A stretch of DNA of 64,000 bases from Sphingomonas taxi (GTDB lineage: Bacteria > Pseudomonadota > Alphaproteobacteria > Sphingomonadales > Sphingomonadaceae): the NCBI GenBank assembly GCA_003243195.1, contig QFQI01000010.1, forward strand, positions 13,196 through 77,195. The letters run 5' to 3'. Every line of letters starts with the position of its first letter. Position 1 is the first letter of the stretch. Positions 11,369-23,486 of this stretch are shown here, piece by piece. A program made the translations under genes and the position numbers. The notes below the pieces were generated by a model. It saw nothing but the letters and a program-made list of their open reading frames with translations. It was not told where the DNA came from and did not search any database.

Positions 11369-11555
11369 GCCCCTCGCCCGCCATCGTCCCGCCGCGGGAC
11401 GGCAGCGCGGCGGCGGTATCCGGAGCCTAAGTGACCTGCGCCCTCTCGAGTCACGCGATTGTCTTACATGGCGTGCACGGATTCGCTTGGCGATGCGGCC
11501 AGGTCGTGCTTCGGGCGACCGCATATTCGTACAAATCGGTTCGGGATGGAGTTTG

Positions 11556-12200
11556 ATGTTCGCTTGGTTCCAGCGGCTGCTGCCGAAGACGGGCAATTTC
11601 TTCGAGCAATTCGAGGGGCATGCCGCCACCGGCCTCGCCGCCGCGCGCGCCACGGCGCGCCTGCTGGAGGGCGGGAGCGATCGTGCGCAATGTATCGCCG
11701 ACATCGCGGCGCGCGAACATGATGCGGACGAGATCACGCGTGACGTCCTGAAAAGCGTGCGCTCCACCTTCCTCACCCCGTTCGATCGCGGCGCGATCAC
11801 CGCGCTGATCGGCGCGCTGGACGACACGATCGACGAGATGCACGCCGCCGCCGCCGCGATCGACCTCTACGGCGTCACCGACTTCGCCCCCGAGATGCGC
11901 GAGATGGCGGCGGTGGCGATACAGGCTGCGGAACTGGCGGTGGAGGCGATGCCGCTGCTGCGCGATATCAGCCGCAATGGGCCGCGACTGCACGCGCTGA
12001 CCGAGCAGCTCATCCGCATCGAGGGCGAGGCCGACGATTTCCACGCCGCCGGGCTGCGCCGGTCGCTGGGGGAACATGGCGCCACCGACACGCTGCGCTT
12101 CGTGGTGGAACGCGAGATCTACAAGCATCTGGAGCGCATCCTGGATGCGTTCGAGGATGTCGCCGACGAGATCGACGGCATCGTCATCGACCACGCCTGA
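11556..12200 (+). CDS. DUF47 / PhoU-like phosphate transport accessory protein
   Basis: ATG 11556 (MFAWFQRLLPKTGNFFEQFE). EADEITRDV and EGEADDF helices are typical of the Pit-associated DUF47 family. Lies immediately upstream of the Pit gene. Confidence 0.8.
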   Translation: MFAWFQRLLPKTGNFFEQFEGHAATGLAAARATARLLEGGSDRAQCIADIAAREHDADEITRDVLKSVRSTFLTPFDRGAITALIGALDDTIDEMHAAAAAIDLYGVTDFAPEMREMAAVAIQAAELAVEAMPLLRDISRNGPRLHALTEQLIRIEGEADDFHAAGLRRSLGEHGATDTLRFVVEREIYKHLERILDAFEDVADEIDGIVIDHA

Positions 12201-12216
12201 TCCGGCCCGCACCAAC

Positions 12217-13230
12217 ATGCACGAACTCGCCTTTCCGCTGCTGGTCGGCCTGATCGCGGTGGCGCTCGCCTTCGATTACCTCAACGGGCTGCACGACGCC
12301 GCCAACTCGATCGCCACCGTGGTCGCGACGCGGCTGCTGTCGCCGGTGCAGGCGGTGCTGTTCGCGGCCTTCTTCAACTTCGCCGCCTATTTCCTGACGC
12401 TCGCCATCCCGTCGCTGCACGCGGTGGCGGAGACGATCGGCAAGGGGCTGATCGCGCAGGATGTCATCACGCCCGCGGTGATCTTCGGCGCGCTGGGCGG
12501 CGCGATGACGTGGAACGTCATCACCTGGCTGAAGGGCATTCCGTCATCGAGCAGCCATGCGCTGGTCGGCGGCCTGATCGGCGCGGGCGTCGCGCATGCC
12601 GGGCTGACCGGCGTGCAATGGGCCGGGCTGAACAAGACGCTGCTGGCGATCGTGCTGTCGCCGACGATCGGCATGTTCCTGGCCATGGCGGTGATGCTGC
12701 TGTCGAGCTGGGCGTTGCGCCGCCGCACCGCCGCGCAGGCGGAGCGAAGTTTCCGTGCGCTGCACCTGCTGTCCTCCGCGGCCTATTCGCTCAGCCACGG
12801 GTTGAACGATGCGCAGAAGACGATGGGCATCATCACCGTGCTGCTTTATTCCACCGGCTATCTGACCGGCCCGTTCGAGGTGCCGCACTGGGTGGCGATC
12901 AGTTGCTATGTCGCGATCGCGCTGGGCACGATGACCGGCGGCTGGCGGATCATCGAGACGATGGGATCGCGCATCACCCGCCTGTCGCAGCATCAGGGGT
13001 TCAGCGCCTCGCTGGCCGGCTCGATCGTGGTGTTCAGCGCCTCGACGCTGGGCATCCCGGTGTCGACCACGCACACGATCACCGGATCGATCATCGGCGC
13101 GGGCGTGGCGCGGCGCGCCTCGGCGGTGCGCTGGGGCGTGGCGCAGAGCGTGGTGATCGCGTGGATCATCACCATCCCCGCCTCCGCGGCGGTCGGAGCG
13201 CTGGTCTATTCGACGACGTTGCTGTTCTGA
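12217..13230 (+). CDS. Inorganic phosphate transporter, PiT family
   Basis: ATG 12217 (MHELAFPLLVGLIAVALAFDYLNGLHDAANSIATVV). Second PiT signature NDAQKTMGII. Multi-pass membrane protein. Confidence 0.9.
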   Translation: MHELAFPLLVGLIAVALAFDYLNGLHDAANSIATVVATRLLSPVQAVLFAAFFNFAAYFLTLAIPSLHAVAETIGKGLIAQDVITPAVIFGALGGAMTWNVITWLKGIPSSSSHALVGGLIGAGVAHAGLTGVQWAGLNKTLLAIVLSPTIGMFLAMAVMLLSSWALRRRTAAQAERSFRALHLLSSAAYSLSHGLNDAQKTMGIITVLLYSTGYLTGPFEVPHWVAISCYVAIALGTMTGGWRIIETMGSRITRLSQHQGFSASLAGSIVVFSASTLGIPVSTTHTITGSIIGAGVARRASAVRWGVAQSVVIAWIITIPASAAVGALVYSTTLLF

Positions 13231-13351
13231 CCGGAGGCGACGGCCATCGAACCCCTCCACGTCATCCAGGCGGACGAGGTAACGGGGGATCGCGCGCACG
13301 GCACGGATCGAAACGCGCCGTTACGGATTGGAAACCATCGCTACCATCGTG

Positions 13352-14833
13352 ATGGAGATCATCTTGCGCCGCCGGCTTCTCACCTTCGCACTGGTCGGCG
13401 CCACGCTTCTGGCCGGATGCGGACGAAAGACCGATCCCGCTCCGCCGCGCATCAGCAGCGACGTCGCCCCATTCCCCGACCAGAGTTCGACGATCGTGGT
13501 GCCGGTCAGCGCGGACCTGCGCATGCTGGAACGCGGACTGGACGCCAACACCCCGCGCACATTGTGGACGATCGACGAGCGGCGCGAGAAATGCGTGACG
13601 GGCAAGCGCGTCAACCTGGGCATCGGCAAGGTGAAGATCCTGCCCGACCTCGGCTGCCGCATCGTCGGGCGCGTCACGCGCGGCGCGATCCGCGTATCGG
13701 GCGCGGGCGAGCGGCTGGAGATCGTCATGCCGGTGTCGGCGCGGGTCGCGGTGCGCGATGTCGGCGGGATCGCGGGCGAAACCGCCACCGGCAGTGCATT
13801 GGTGCGCGCCACCGGGCGACTGGACGTGGTCGGCGACTGGCAACCGCGCGCGACGCTCGACATCGCCTATGACTGGCGCGAGCCGCCGGGCATCGACATC
13901 GTGGGGCAGCGCATCACCTTCGCCGCGCGCGCCGACGAAAAGCTGAAGGGCGTGGTCGCCAAGCTCGAGCGCGACCTGCCACGCGAGGTCGCCCGGCTGA
14001 ACCTGCGCCGCGAACTGGAGACCGTCTGGTCGCGCGCCTTCACCTCGATCGAACTGAGCAAGCGCAACCCGCCGGCATGGATGCGCATCACCCCGCGCCA
14101 GCTCGGTTTCGGCGGCTACCGGGTGGAGGGGCGCACGCTGCGGCTGACGCTGGCCGCCGAGGCGCTGACGCAGACCTTCGTCGGCCAGCGCCCGGCCGAT
14201 CCGACCCCCACGCCGCTGCCGCCGCCGACGCGGACCGGCGGTCAGCCGGGACTGCGCTTCTTCATTCCGGTGCTGGCGGATTATGCGCAGCTCGAACCCG
14301 TCGTGCAGCGCACGCTGCGCAAGCTGGCGGCGCGCGGAATCACGCTGACCGGGATTGGCCCGGTCGACGTCGATTTCGGCACGGTCACCGTCTATGCCAC
14401 CCAGGGTGGCCGGCTGGCGATCGGGGTGAAGGCGAAGGTCGCGCCGCACGACCGTTCGTTCGCGGCGACCAGTGGCGAGGCGTGGCTGACCGCGCAGCCC
14501 TATAACGAGGAAGGGTCGCAACTGGTGCGCGCACGCGACGTGCAACTCGCCACGCGCACCGACTCGCGCGCGGTCGATCTGCTGGTCAGCCTGCTCGACA
14601 ATGTGCAGGTGCACGAGGCGGTCGCACTGGCGCTGCAACACGATTTCGCTCCCGATTACCGCAAGGTGCTGGGCAAGGCGCAGCATGCGATCGGCGCGCG
14701 GCAGCAGGGCGACTTCTTCCTGTCCACCGACGTGACGCGCGTCACGACGGGGCGGTTGCAGGTGACCGGCGCGGGGCTGTTCCTGCCGGTGCGCGCCGAA
14801 GGCAGCGCGCAGATCAGTTATCGACCGAAATAG
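13352..14833 (+). CDS. DUF4403-like lipoprotein
   Basis: ORF 13328..14833 trimmed to ATG 13352. Lipobox LLAGC at the N-terminus. The family call is tentative. Confidence 0.55.
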   Translation: MEIILRRRLLTFALVGATLLAGCGRKTDPAPPRISSDVAPFPDQSSTIVVPVSADLRMLERGLDANTPRTLWTIDERREKCVTGKRVNLGIGKVKILPDLGCRIVGRVTRGAIRVSGAGERLEIVMPVSARVAVRDVGGIAGETATGSALVRATGRLDVVGDWQPRATLDIAYDWREPPGIDIVGQRITFAARADEKLKGVVAKLERDLPREVARLNLRRELETVWSRAFTSIELSKRNPPAWMRITPRQLGFGGYRVEGRTLRLTLAAEALTQTFVGQRPADPTPTPLPPPTRTGGQPGLRFFIPVLADYAQLEPVVQRTLRKLAARGITLTGIGPVDVDFGTVTVYATQGGRLAIGVKAKVAPHDRSFAATSGEAWLTAQPYNEEGSQLVRARDVQLATRTDSRAVDLLVSLLDNVQVHEAVALALQHDFAPDYRKVLGKAQHAIGARQQGDFFLSTDVTRVTTGRLQVTGAGLFLPVRAEGSAQISYRPK

Positions 14834-14848
14834 GCCGGCGTTCCCGCG

Positions 14849-16336
14849 TCAGAACCCGGCGTAATCCGAGAAGCGCGTGATCGTCGGGTCGAACTTCAAC
14901 ACCACCTTGCCGGTCGCGCCGTGACGCTGCTTGGCAACGATCAACTCCGCGAGACCATAGACGCGCTCCATGTCCGCCGCCCAGCGCGCGTGATCCTCGA
15001 ACACCTTGGCGTCGTCGCCCTCCATCGGGCGCTTCGGCTCGCGCTGCGCGGTATAATAATCCTCGCGGAACACGAACCACACCATGTCCGCGTCCTGCTC
15101 GATCGACCCCGATTCGCGCAGGTCGGACAGCATCGGCCGCTTGTCCTCGCGGCTTTCCACCGCACGGCTGAGCTGCGACAGCGCCAGCACGGGGACGTTC
15201 ATGTCCTTGGCCAGCGTCTTCAGCCCGCGCGAGATTTCGGAGATTTCCTGCACGCGGTTGCCGTCGCCCTTGCCCGATCCGGTCAGCAACTGGAGGTAGT
15301 CGACCACCACCAGCCCGATCTCGTTGTTGTGGCGGCGCTGCAACCGGCGCACGCGGGTGTGGAGCGAGGCGATCGTCAGCCCGCCGGTGTCGTCGATGAA
15401 GAAGGGCAGATTCTCCAGCTCGGCGGCGGCGGCGGCGAGCTGCTCGAATTCCGCCTTGCTGATCTTGCCCATGCGCAGCGCCTCGGAGCTGATCCGCGAC
15501 TGTTCGGCCAGGATACGCGTGGCGAGCTGGTCGGCGCTCATTTCCAGGCTGAAGAACGCCACCTTCGCGCCGACCGACTTCGACGGCGGGATGCCGTCGC
15601 GCATGTCGCGCATCCAGCGCTGCGCGGCGTTGAAGGCGATGTTGGTGGCCAAGGAGGTCTTGCCCATGCCCGGACGCCCAGCGAGGATCATCAGGTCCGA
15701 ATGGTGCATGCCGCCGATCTTGGCATTGACGGTGTCCAGCCCGGTCGTGACGCCGCTGAGGTTGCCGCCCCAGTTGAGCGCCTTTTCGGCCATCTTGACC
15801 GCGGCGGTGGCCGCCTGCGCAAAGGATTTCACGCTGTTCTCGGCCCCGCCGTCGGCGGACACGCGGAACAGCTCCTCCTCGGCCGCCTCGATCTGCGCGC
15901 GCGGGTTGACCTCCTCGCTGGTGTCCATCGCGCGATCGACCATCTGGTGGCCGACCGACACCAGCGCGCGCAGCATCGCCAGATCGTAGATCTGCGTCGC
16001 GAACTGCCGCGCGCCGATCAGCCCGGCGCCCGATCCGGTCAGGCTGGCGAGATAGGCGACGCCGCCCAGCTCCTTCATCCCCTCGTCCGCCTCGAACATC
16101 GGGCGCAGCGTCACCGGGGTCGCCAGCATGTCCTGCGCGCGCAGCGTCTTGATCGCGGCGAAGATGCGGCCATGGACGGGTTCGTAGAAGTGCAGCGGTT
16201 CCAGCCGGTCGACGATATCGTCGGCCAGCCGGTTGTCGATCATCATCGCCCCCAGCATCGCGGCCTCCGCCTCGACGTTGCGGGGCAGGTGGACGGGTTC
16301 GGCCGAAGCCGGGGGAGCAAATGCCAGAGTCGCCAT
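14849..16336 (-). CDS. dnaB: Replicative DNA helicase
   Basis: 495 aa. LPRNVEAEAAMLGAMMIDN at the N-terminus, Walker A GRPGMGKTS, IGLVVVDYLQLL, LSQLSRAVE. Confidence 0.95.
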   Translation of the reverse strand: MATLAFAPPASAEPVHLPRNVEAEAAMLGAMMIDNRLADDIVDRLEPLHFYEPVHGRIFAAIKTLRAQDMLATPVTLRPMFEADEGMKELGGVAYLASLTGSGAGLIGARQFATQIYDLAMLRALVSVGHQMVDRAMDTSEEVNPRAQIEAAEEELFRVSADGGAENSVKSFAQAATAAVKMAEKALNWGGNLSGVTTGLDTVNAKIGGMHHSDLMILAGRPGMGKTSLATNIAFNAAQRWMRDMRDGIPPSKSVGAKVAFFSLEMSADQLATRILAEQSRISSEALRMGKISKAEFEQLAAAAAELENLPFFIDDTGGLTIASLHTRVRRLQRRHNNEIGLVVVDYLQLLTGSGKGDGNRVQEISEISRGLKTLAKDMNVPVLALSQLSRAVESREDKRPMLSDLRESGSIEQDADMVWFVFREDYYTAQREPKRPMEGDDAKVFEDHARWAADMERVYGLAELIVAKQRHGATGKVVLKFDPTITRFSDYAGF

Positions 16337-16425
16337 CCCCGGCGTATAGCCGCCCCGCCCCGCCGCCGAAACGTGGAAGCGATGGGTTGTGGAAATCGCC
16401 GCTGATCGCCTTTATCGGCAGCGGC

Positions 16426-16908
16426 ATGGCCGATCCGCGGATCATCGACATCGAGCTGGACGAGCGCACGATCCTGTGGCGCTCGGCCGATATCGAGCAG
16501 GAACGGCGCATCGCGATCTTCGACCTGATCGAGGAGAACCACTTCGCGCCGCAACGCATGCATGCCGACGGCTATGCCGGGCCGTATCGCGTGCGGCTGG
16601 GCGTGGAGGAAGGACGGCTGGCGATCGCGATCGCGCGCGCGGACGGGACGCCGCTGGAAACGCTCGTGCTGGGACTGGCGCGGTTCCGCCGCCCGATCCG
16701 CGACTATTTCGCGATCTGCGACAGCTATTTCCAGGCGATCCGTCAGTCCACGCCGCAACAGATCGAAACCATCGACATGGCGCGGCGTGGTATCCACAAC
16801 GAAGCCGCCGAACTGCTGCGCGAGCGGCTGGACGGCAAGATCCACATCGACTTCGACACCGCACGGCGGCTGTTCACGCTCATTTGCGTATTACATATCA
16901 AGGCTTGA
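16426..16908 (+). CDS. UPF0262 family protein
   Basis: ORF 16321..16908 trimmed to ATG 16426 (MADPRIIDIELDE). ERRIAIFDLIEENHF and DYFAICDSYFQAI are typical of alphaproteobacterial UPF0262. Confidence 0.75.
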   Translation: MADPRIIDIELDERTILWRSADIEQERRIAIFDLIEENHFAPQRMHADGYAGPYRVRLGVEEGRLAIAIARADGTPLETLVLGLARFRRPIRDYFAICDSYFQAIRQSTPQQIETIDMARRGIHNEAAELLRERLDGKIHIDFDTARRLFTLICVLHIKA

Positions 16909-16914
16909 GACATC

Positions 16915-17595
16915 ATGTGGGGTTTGGGACGGATCGCGCTGATTCTGGCCGCGCTCGCGCTTGCGGGCGTGGCGGGGTGGCGGCTCGCGATCCGCTGGCA
17001 TCCGGCGAGCGAGCGCTACCCGGTGCAGGGCGTGGACGTGTCGGAGACGACCGGCACGATCGAATGGCCGGTGCTGAAGGGCGCGGGCGCGCGATTCGGC
17101 TATGCGGTGGCGACGGTCGGCGCGACCGCACGCGACCGCAACTTCCAGGCGAACTGGGATGCGATGGGGCGCACCGGCATGAAGCGCGGCGCGGTGCACG
17201 TCTTCTCCTTCTGCCAGTCGCCGCGTGCGCAGGCCGATGCCTTCAACACGGTCGTGCCGCGCGACCTGCGCGCGCTGCCGATGGCGATCGCCTTCGCCTA
17301 TGACGAAGGCTGTGCCGAGCGGCCCGCGCGCGCGGTGCTGATCGCCGGCGTACGCGCGATGATCGAGCGGATCGAGGCGCATACCGGCCAGCCGCTGATG
17401 CTGCGCATCGCCGCCGACGTGGAGGACGATTACCGGCTGACCGAGGCGTTCGACCGCCGCTGGTGGGCGATCGGCAACTTCCTGAAACCCACCTATGGCG
17501 CCCGCCGGTGGCGGATGTGGCGCGCCAGCGACGTGCGGCGCGTCGATGGCGTACAAGGCCCGGTGAACTGGAACGTGGCGGTGGAAGGAGCATGA
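16915..17595 (+). CDS. Glycoside hydrolase family 25 (lysozyme-like) with N-terminal membrane anchor
   Basis: 226 aa. TM/signal anchor IALILAALALAGVAGW, then YPVQGVDVSETTGTIEWPVLK and GAVHVFSF, which resemble the GH25 fold. Confidence 0.65.
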   Translation: MWGLGRIALILAALALAGVAGWRLAIRWHPASERYPVQGVDVSETTGTIEWPVLKGAGARFGYAVATVGATARDRNFQANWDAMGRTGMKRGAVHVFSFCQSPRAQADAFNTVVPRDLRALPMAIAFAYDEGCAERPARAVLIAGVRAMIERIEAHTGQPLMLRIAADVEDDYRLTEAFDRRWWAIGNFLKPTYGARRWRMWRASDVRRVDGVQGPVNWNVAVEGA

Positions 17596-18050
17596 GCGAC
17601 ATGGACGACCAGGCGACGATGCTGATCGCGGCGGCGCGCGCCGCCGCGCGCCATGCGCATGCCCCCTATTCGCGCTTCGCGGTCGGCGCGGCGGTGCTGC
17701 TGACCGACGGCAGCGTGGTGCGCGGCGCGAACGTCGAAAATGCCAGCTACGGCCTGTCGCTATGCGCGGAGACGGTCGCGATCGCCACCGTCGCCGCGCA
17801 GGGCCGGCTGCGCGAGGTGGTGGCGGTGGGCGTGATCGGCGGCGCGATGGATGGCGCGGGCCGCGCGACCGGCAGCGATCCGGTGCGGCCGTGCGGGCGC
17901 TGCCGGCAGGTGCTGAACGAGGCCGCGCAACTGGGCGGGCGCGATCTGGCGGTGCATTGCGCGGGCGCGCAGGGCGATGCGGTCGCCAGCTACCGGCTGA
18001 GCGAATTGCTGCCCGACGCGTTCGGCCCGGCGGATCTGGGGATCGGCTGA
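17592..18050 (+). CDS. cdd: Cytidine deaminase
   Basis: ATG 17592 overlaps the upstream stop (ATGA) and follows a GGAAGGAG RBS. Zinc motifs CAETVAI and PCGRCRQVL. Confidence 0.85.
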   Translation: MSDMDDQATMLIAAARAAARHAHAPYSRFAVGAAVLLTDGSVVRGANVENASYGLSLCAETVAIATVAAQGRLREVVAVGVIGGAMDGAGRATGSDPVRPCGRCRQVLNEAAQLGGRDLAVHCAGAQGDAVASYRLSELLPDAFGPADLGIG

Positions 18051-18085
18051 CCGGCCCGGCCAGGACCCGCACGCCTCCGAAGGGT

Positions 18086-18170
18086 TGGTGCGGGCGGTCG
18101 GACTCGAACCGACATGTATCGCTACGGCAGATTTTGAGTCTGCTGCGTCTACCATTTCGCCACGCCCGCA
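18086..18170 (-). tRNA. tRNA-Leu (anticodon CAA)
   Basis: Reverse complement reads GCGGGCGTGGCGAAATGGTAGACGCAGCAGACTCAAAATCTGCCGTAGCGATACATGTCGGTTCGAGTCCGACCGCCCGCACCA. Long variable arm, anticodon loop CTCAAAA, encoded CCA. Confidence 0.95.
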
Positions 18171-18274
18171 CGGCGCGTCCGGCGCGCCTATAGGTCAGCT
18201 CGATCGCAAAGGCTAGATGGGCGCGCTTGACCATCCGCATCGTTCGGTCGCACGGTAAAGCGCGAGGAGAGAGC

Positions 18275-20203
<1,929 letters not shown>

Positions 20204-20354
20204 CGGCGTGGTGCGCGCCGGGCGGGGCGCCATCTGCATGTGGCCGAGAGGCGACGTGCGGGTGACAGCCCGACGCCTGCCAGGCCATGCCTTGTCGAAC
20301 GCTCTCGATGGGGATGCCGGAGCGGAAATAGGGATCAGCGAGAAGGACGGCCGA

Positions 20355-20572
20355 TCAGAAACCAGTGGTCGACGTCGCCTGCTGTATGACAAGCTGCCAA
20401 CGACCATCTCGTCGCACCAGCCTAGGAACGCGGTGTCGCCAGCAATCCTTGCCTCTCGCCAGTCATCTTCCGTCCTGGTGATTTCCTGCCGGGCGGCATC
20501 CATGGTCCGCGCCGGTGCGGGCGCGCTCGTCAGGCTCGTCAGCGCGAGCCCGGTCAAGAATGACGCCCGCAT
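20355..20572 (-). pseudogene. Remnant of a DUF4440/SnoaL-like secreted protein (internal deletion plus frameshift)
   Basis: Reverse-strand ATG 20572 gives the signal MRASFLTGLALTSLTSAPAPA and then ITRTEDDWREARIAGDTAFL (family N-terminus). The family C-terminus RLVRRDGRWQLVIQQATSTTGF plus TGA (20357..20355) follows in a shifted frame. The roughly 60-aa middle is missing. Confidence 0.45.
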
Positions 20573-20802
20573 CCGACAGCACCTCCGCGAGCCGGCTTAC
20601 CGTTCGAAGCGAATAGTATCCGGCAGATCGCCCCTTCTCAATCGGACACGGGTATCGGGACGATCGCGGCATTGGCGCCACCGGGCTGTCGGAGGGCAAT
20701 TGCGCGCGCCGAATAGTCGCCATGGCGGCAATGCATGACGAATCAGGCCGGCCGGAAAGGCCGTTTCGGATTCACTCTCCCGAAATCCGCCTGCACAACG
20801 CC

Positions 20803-21657
20803 CTACCACGTCGCCAGCCGTGCGCCCGCGCGGATCGGCTGCCCCTCACGCAACCCGGCGTCCAGCCGCGCGCCGGCGGGCAGGAACATGACGATCGTCG
20901 AACCGTGTTCGAACCATCCCATTTCGGCGCCCTTCTCCACCGCCACGTCACACGGCACGCGCGCGCCGCCCTGCTCGCGCACAGTCCGCAGCGTATCCAG
21001 GAAGGTCAGCCGGATGCTCGCCACCAGGATCGCGGCGACCGGCACCAGCAGCAGCGTCAGCCCGCGCGCCCCCCGCGCCTCGATCACCGCGCGCTCGTTG
21101 CGGCAGAACAGGCGCTCGACGCGCTTCAGCGCGATCGGGTTCACGTTCCAGCAGTCACCGGACCGATAGGTCACGCCCGTCACGGTCAGGTCGGCGGGCG
21201 CGTGGAAGCGGTGGTACATGCCCGCGGTCAGCCGTAGCGTGACGAACGATCCGCCATCGAAGCGCGCGGCCAGCACCGGATCGGGCAGCAACTCGTCGAG
21301 CCGGTAAGGAAAGCCCTTCACCTGATAGGCGTACCCGTCCACCACCCGCCCGTGTGCGCCGACGATCGCGTCGCACGGGCTGGCGATCACCTCCGCCCCG
21401 CCCGCGAATGGCCGCGCACCGGGACGCAGGCGGCGAATGAAGCCGTCGCGCAGCGAGCGGAAGCGTCGCGTCTCCGCGTCGGACAGGTCGACGTCGCAGA
21501 AGAAGCGCCATGCCGCCAGCGCGGGCCGCGCGACCAGCGGATGCTCGATCGCGGCGATCCGCCCGACGAAGCGCGTCGCCCAACGACGCGGAAGGCGGTT
21601 GGTGAGCAGGAAATTCAGATCCTCCTGCATCAGCAGGCGTATCAACCCGGTCCGCAT
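20803..21657 (-). CDS. psd: Phosphatidylserine decarboxylase proenzyme
   Basis: ORF 20803..21663 (GTG) with ATG at 21657. Motifs SPCDA, MYHRFHAP and FEHGSTIV (the GST self-cleavage site). Confidence 0.8.
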   Translation of the reverse strand: MRTGLIRLLMQEDLNFLLTNRLPRRWATRFVGRIAAIEHPLVARPALAAWRFFCDVDLSDAETRRFRSLRDGFIRRLRPGARPFAGGAEVIASPCDAIVGAHGRVVDGYAYQVKGFPYRLDELLPDPVLAARFDGGSFVTLRLTAGMYHRFHAPADLTVTGVTYRSGDCWNVNPIALKRVERLFCRNERAVIEARGARGLTLLLVPVAAILVASIRLTFLDTLRTVREQGGARVPCDVAVEKGAEMGWFEHGSTIVMFLPAGARLDAGLREGQPIRAGARLATW

Positions 21658-21695
21658 TGTCACACCTGCGTCATCGCGGCGCGCGTACTGGCGCC

Positions 21696-23354
21696 ATGGA
21701 GAAAAAGACCCTTGCCGCCATCGCCGGGCTCGTCGCCGGCACGCTGTTCGCCGCTACGCGGGGCCGCGAGCGGCTGGCGCTGTCGCGCGCCAAGCACCCC
21801 GGACCGGGCGGTCACGTGCGGCTGGCGAAGCGGATCGCCGGGCAGATCCCCTATTACACCCATGCCGACGAACGGTTCTTCCGCGCCGACGGCTGCGGCG
21901 ATGCGGTGGCGGCGCGGCGACGGGCGGGGTTCGATCGGCTGGCGCAACTCTACACGCAGCGCTGCCCGGCGACGCTGGCGCTGACCGCCGAGACGCGCGA
22001 CGGCCTGTCGGACCTGCAGTTCACCGGGCGCTACCGCGTCCCCTTCCCGTTCGCCGCGACGGTGCGCGCGCATCTGCCGGTCGGCGCGTTCCTGGCCCGT
22101 TCGGACGGCGCGTGGCTGACCGACCTGGACGGCAACCGGCTGATCGACTGCACCGGATCGTACGGGGTGAATCTGTTCGGCAACGATTTCTACAAGGCGA
22201 CGATGCGCGAGGCGCTGGAGACGGCGGAGCCGCTGGGCGGGGTGCTGGGCAGCTATCATCCGGTCGTCGCCGACAATGTGCGCCGGCTGCGCGCGCTGTC
22301 GGGGCTGGACGAGGTGTCGTTCCACATGTCCGGGACGGAGGCGGTGATGCAGGCGGTGCGGCTGGCGCGCTATCACACCGGGCGGCGGCGGCTGGTGCGC
22401 TTCGCCGGCGCCTATCACGGCTGGTGGGGCGACGTGCAGCCCGGCATCGGCAATCCGCTGCCCGCCGACCATACGCTGACGCTCGCCGACCAGTCCGAGG
22501 CGACGCTGGCGGTGCTGGCGAAGCGGCGCGACATCGCCTGCGTGCTGGTGAACCCGTTGCAGGCGCTGCATCCCAACGGCGCGGCGCCGTCGGACGGGCA
22601 ACTGGTCGACAGCGGACGCACGGCCGGGGCGGACCTGCCCGCCTATATCGCATGGCTGCGTCGGCTGGTCGACACCTGCCGCGCGAACGGCATCGTGCTG
22701 ATCGTCGATGAGGTGTTCATGGGCTTCCGCCTCGCGCCCGGCAGCGTCGCGCGGGCATGGGGCATCGACCCGGACATGATCGTGTGGGGCAAGACGCTGG
22801 GCGGCGGGCTGCCGATCGGCGTGCTGACGGGCCGCGCCGCGCTGATGAAGCGGTGGCGCGACGATCGCCCGGTCGACATCTGCTTCGCGCGCGGCACGTT
22901 CAATGCGCATCCCTATGTCATGGCGGCGGCCGATGCCTTCCTGCGCCGGCTGGAGACGCCGGAGGTCGCGGCGCTGTACGACGGCATGGCGGCGCGCTGG
23001 GAGGCGCGCGCCGCGCGGCTCGACGCCCTGCTCGCCTCGGCCGGGGTGCCGGTGAGGATCGCGCCGTTCGCGACGATCTGGACCGTGCTCTACACCCGCC
23101 CGTCGCGCTACAACTGGATGCTGCAATATTACCTCCGCGCCGGGGGGCTGGCGCTGTCATGGGTCGGCACCGGGCGGCTAATCTTCAGCCTCGACATCGA
23201 CGACACGCTGTTCGAGGATATCGCGCGGCGATTTGTGGCGGCAGGGCGTGCGATGCTGGCGGACGGCTGGTGGGACGGACCGGCGGCGAGCAACCGTCAG
23301 TTGCGGCGACAGGCGCTGCGGGAGACGCTGCACGCGCGGCTGACGGGCGGCTGA
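21696..23354 (+). CDS. Class-III PLP aminotransferase (GSA-aminomutase-like) with about 130-aa N-terminal extension
   Basis: ATG 21696 (MEKKTLAAIAGLVAGTLFAA, a hydrophobic N-terminus). Motifs HMSGTEAVMQAVRLAR, DEVFMGFR, WGKTLGGGLPIG (PLP lysine). Confidence 0.75.
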   Translation: MEKKTLAAIAGLVAGTLFAATRGRERLALSRAKHPGPGGHVRLAKRIAGQIPYYTHADERFFRADGCGDAVAARRRAGFDRLAQLYTQRCPATLALTAETRDGLSDLQFTGRYRVPFPFAATVRAHLPVGAFLARSDGAWLTDLDGNRLIDCTGSYGVNLFGNDFYKATMREALETAEPLGGVLGSYHPVVADNVRRLRALSGLDEVSFHMSGTEAVMQAVRLARYHTGRRRLVRFAGAYHGWWGDVQPGIGNPLPADHTLTLADQSEATLAVLAKRRDIACVLVNPLQALHPNGAAPSDGQLVDSGRTAGADLPAYIAWLRRLVDTCRANGIVLIVDEVFMGFRLAPGSVARAWGIDPDMIVWGKTLGGGLPIGVLTGRAALMKRWRDDRPVDICFARGTFNAHPYVMAAADAFLRRLETPEVAALYDGMAARWEARAARLDALLASAGVPVRIAPFATIWTVLYTRPSRYNWMLQYYLRAGGLALSWVGTGRLIFSLDIDDTLFEDIARRFVAAGRAMLADGWWDGPAASNRQLRRQALRETLHARLTGG

Positions 23355-23486
23355 TGCCTCACCCGCCTTCATCATCCCGCACAGGCGAGGCTCCAGCGCC
23401 GATGTCGTGGCGGCTGGAGCATGGGGCGCCACACCATATGGCGATGGCGCACCCGGGTCCCCGCCCGCGCGGGGATGACGCTGGCG

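Noticed and set aside
8009-11827. 1272-aa minus-strand ORF, with similar giants at 5330..7414(-), 18188..20572(-), 30137..32092(+), 39705..41282(+), 41717..44137(+) and 47745..49592(-)
   Set aside because: Each is antisense to a gene with strong family motifs (treY/malQ, treZ, acs, the histidine kinase, opgH, opgG/ald, the MCP). They show the Arg/Pro/Gly/Ala-rich composition typical of stop-poor antisense frames in GC-rich DNA.
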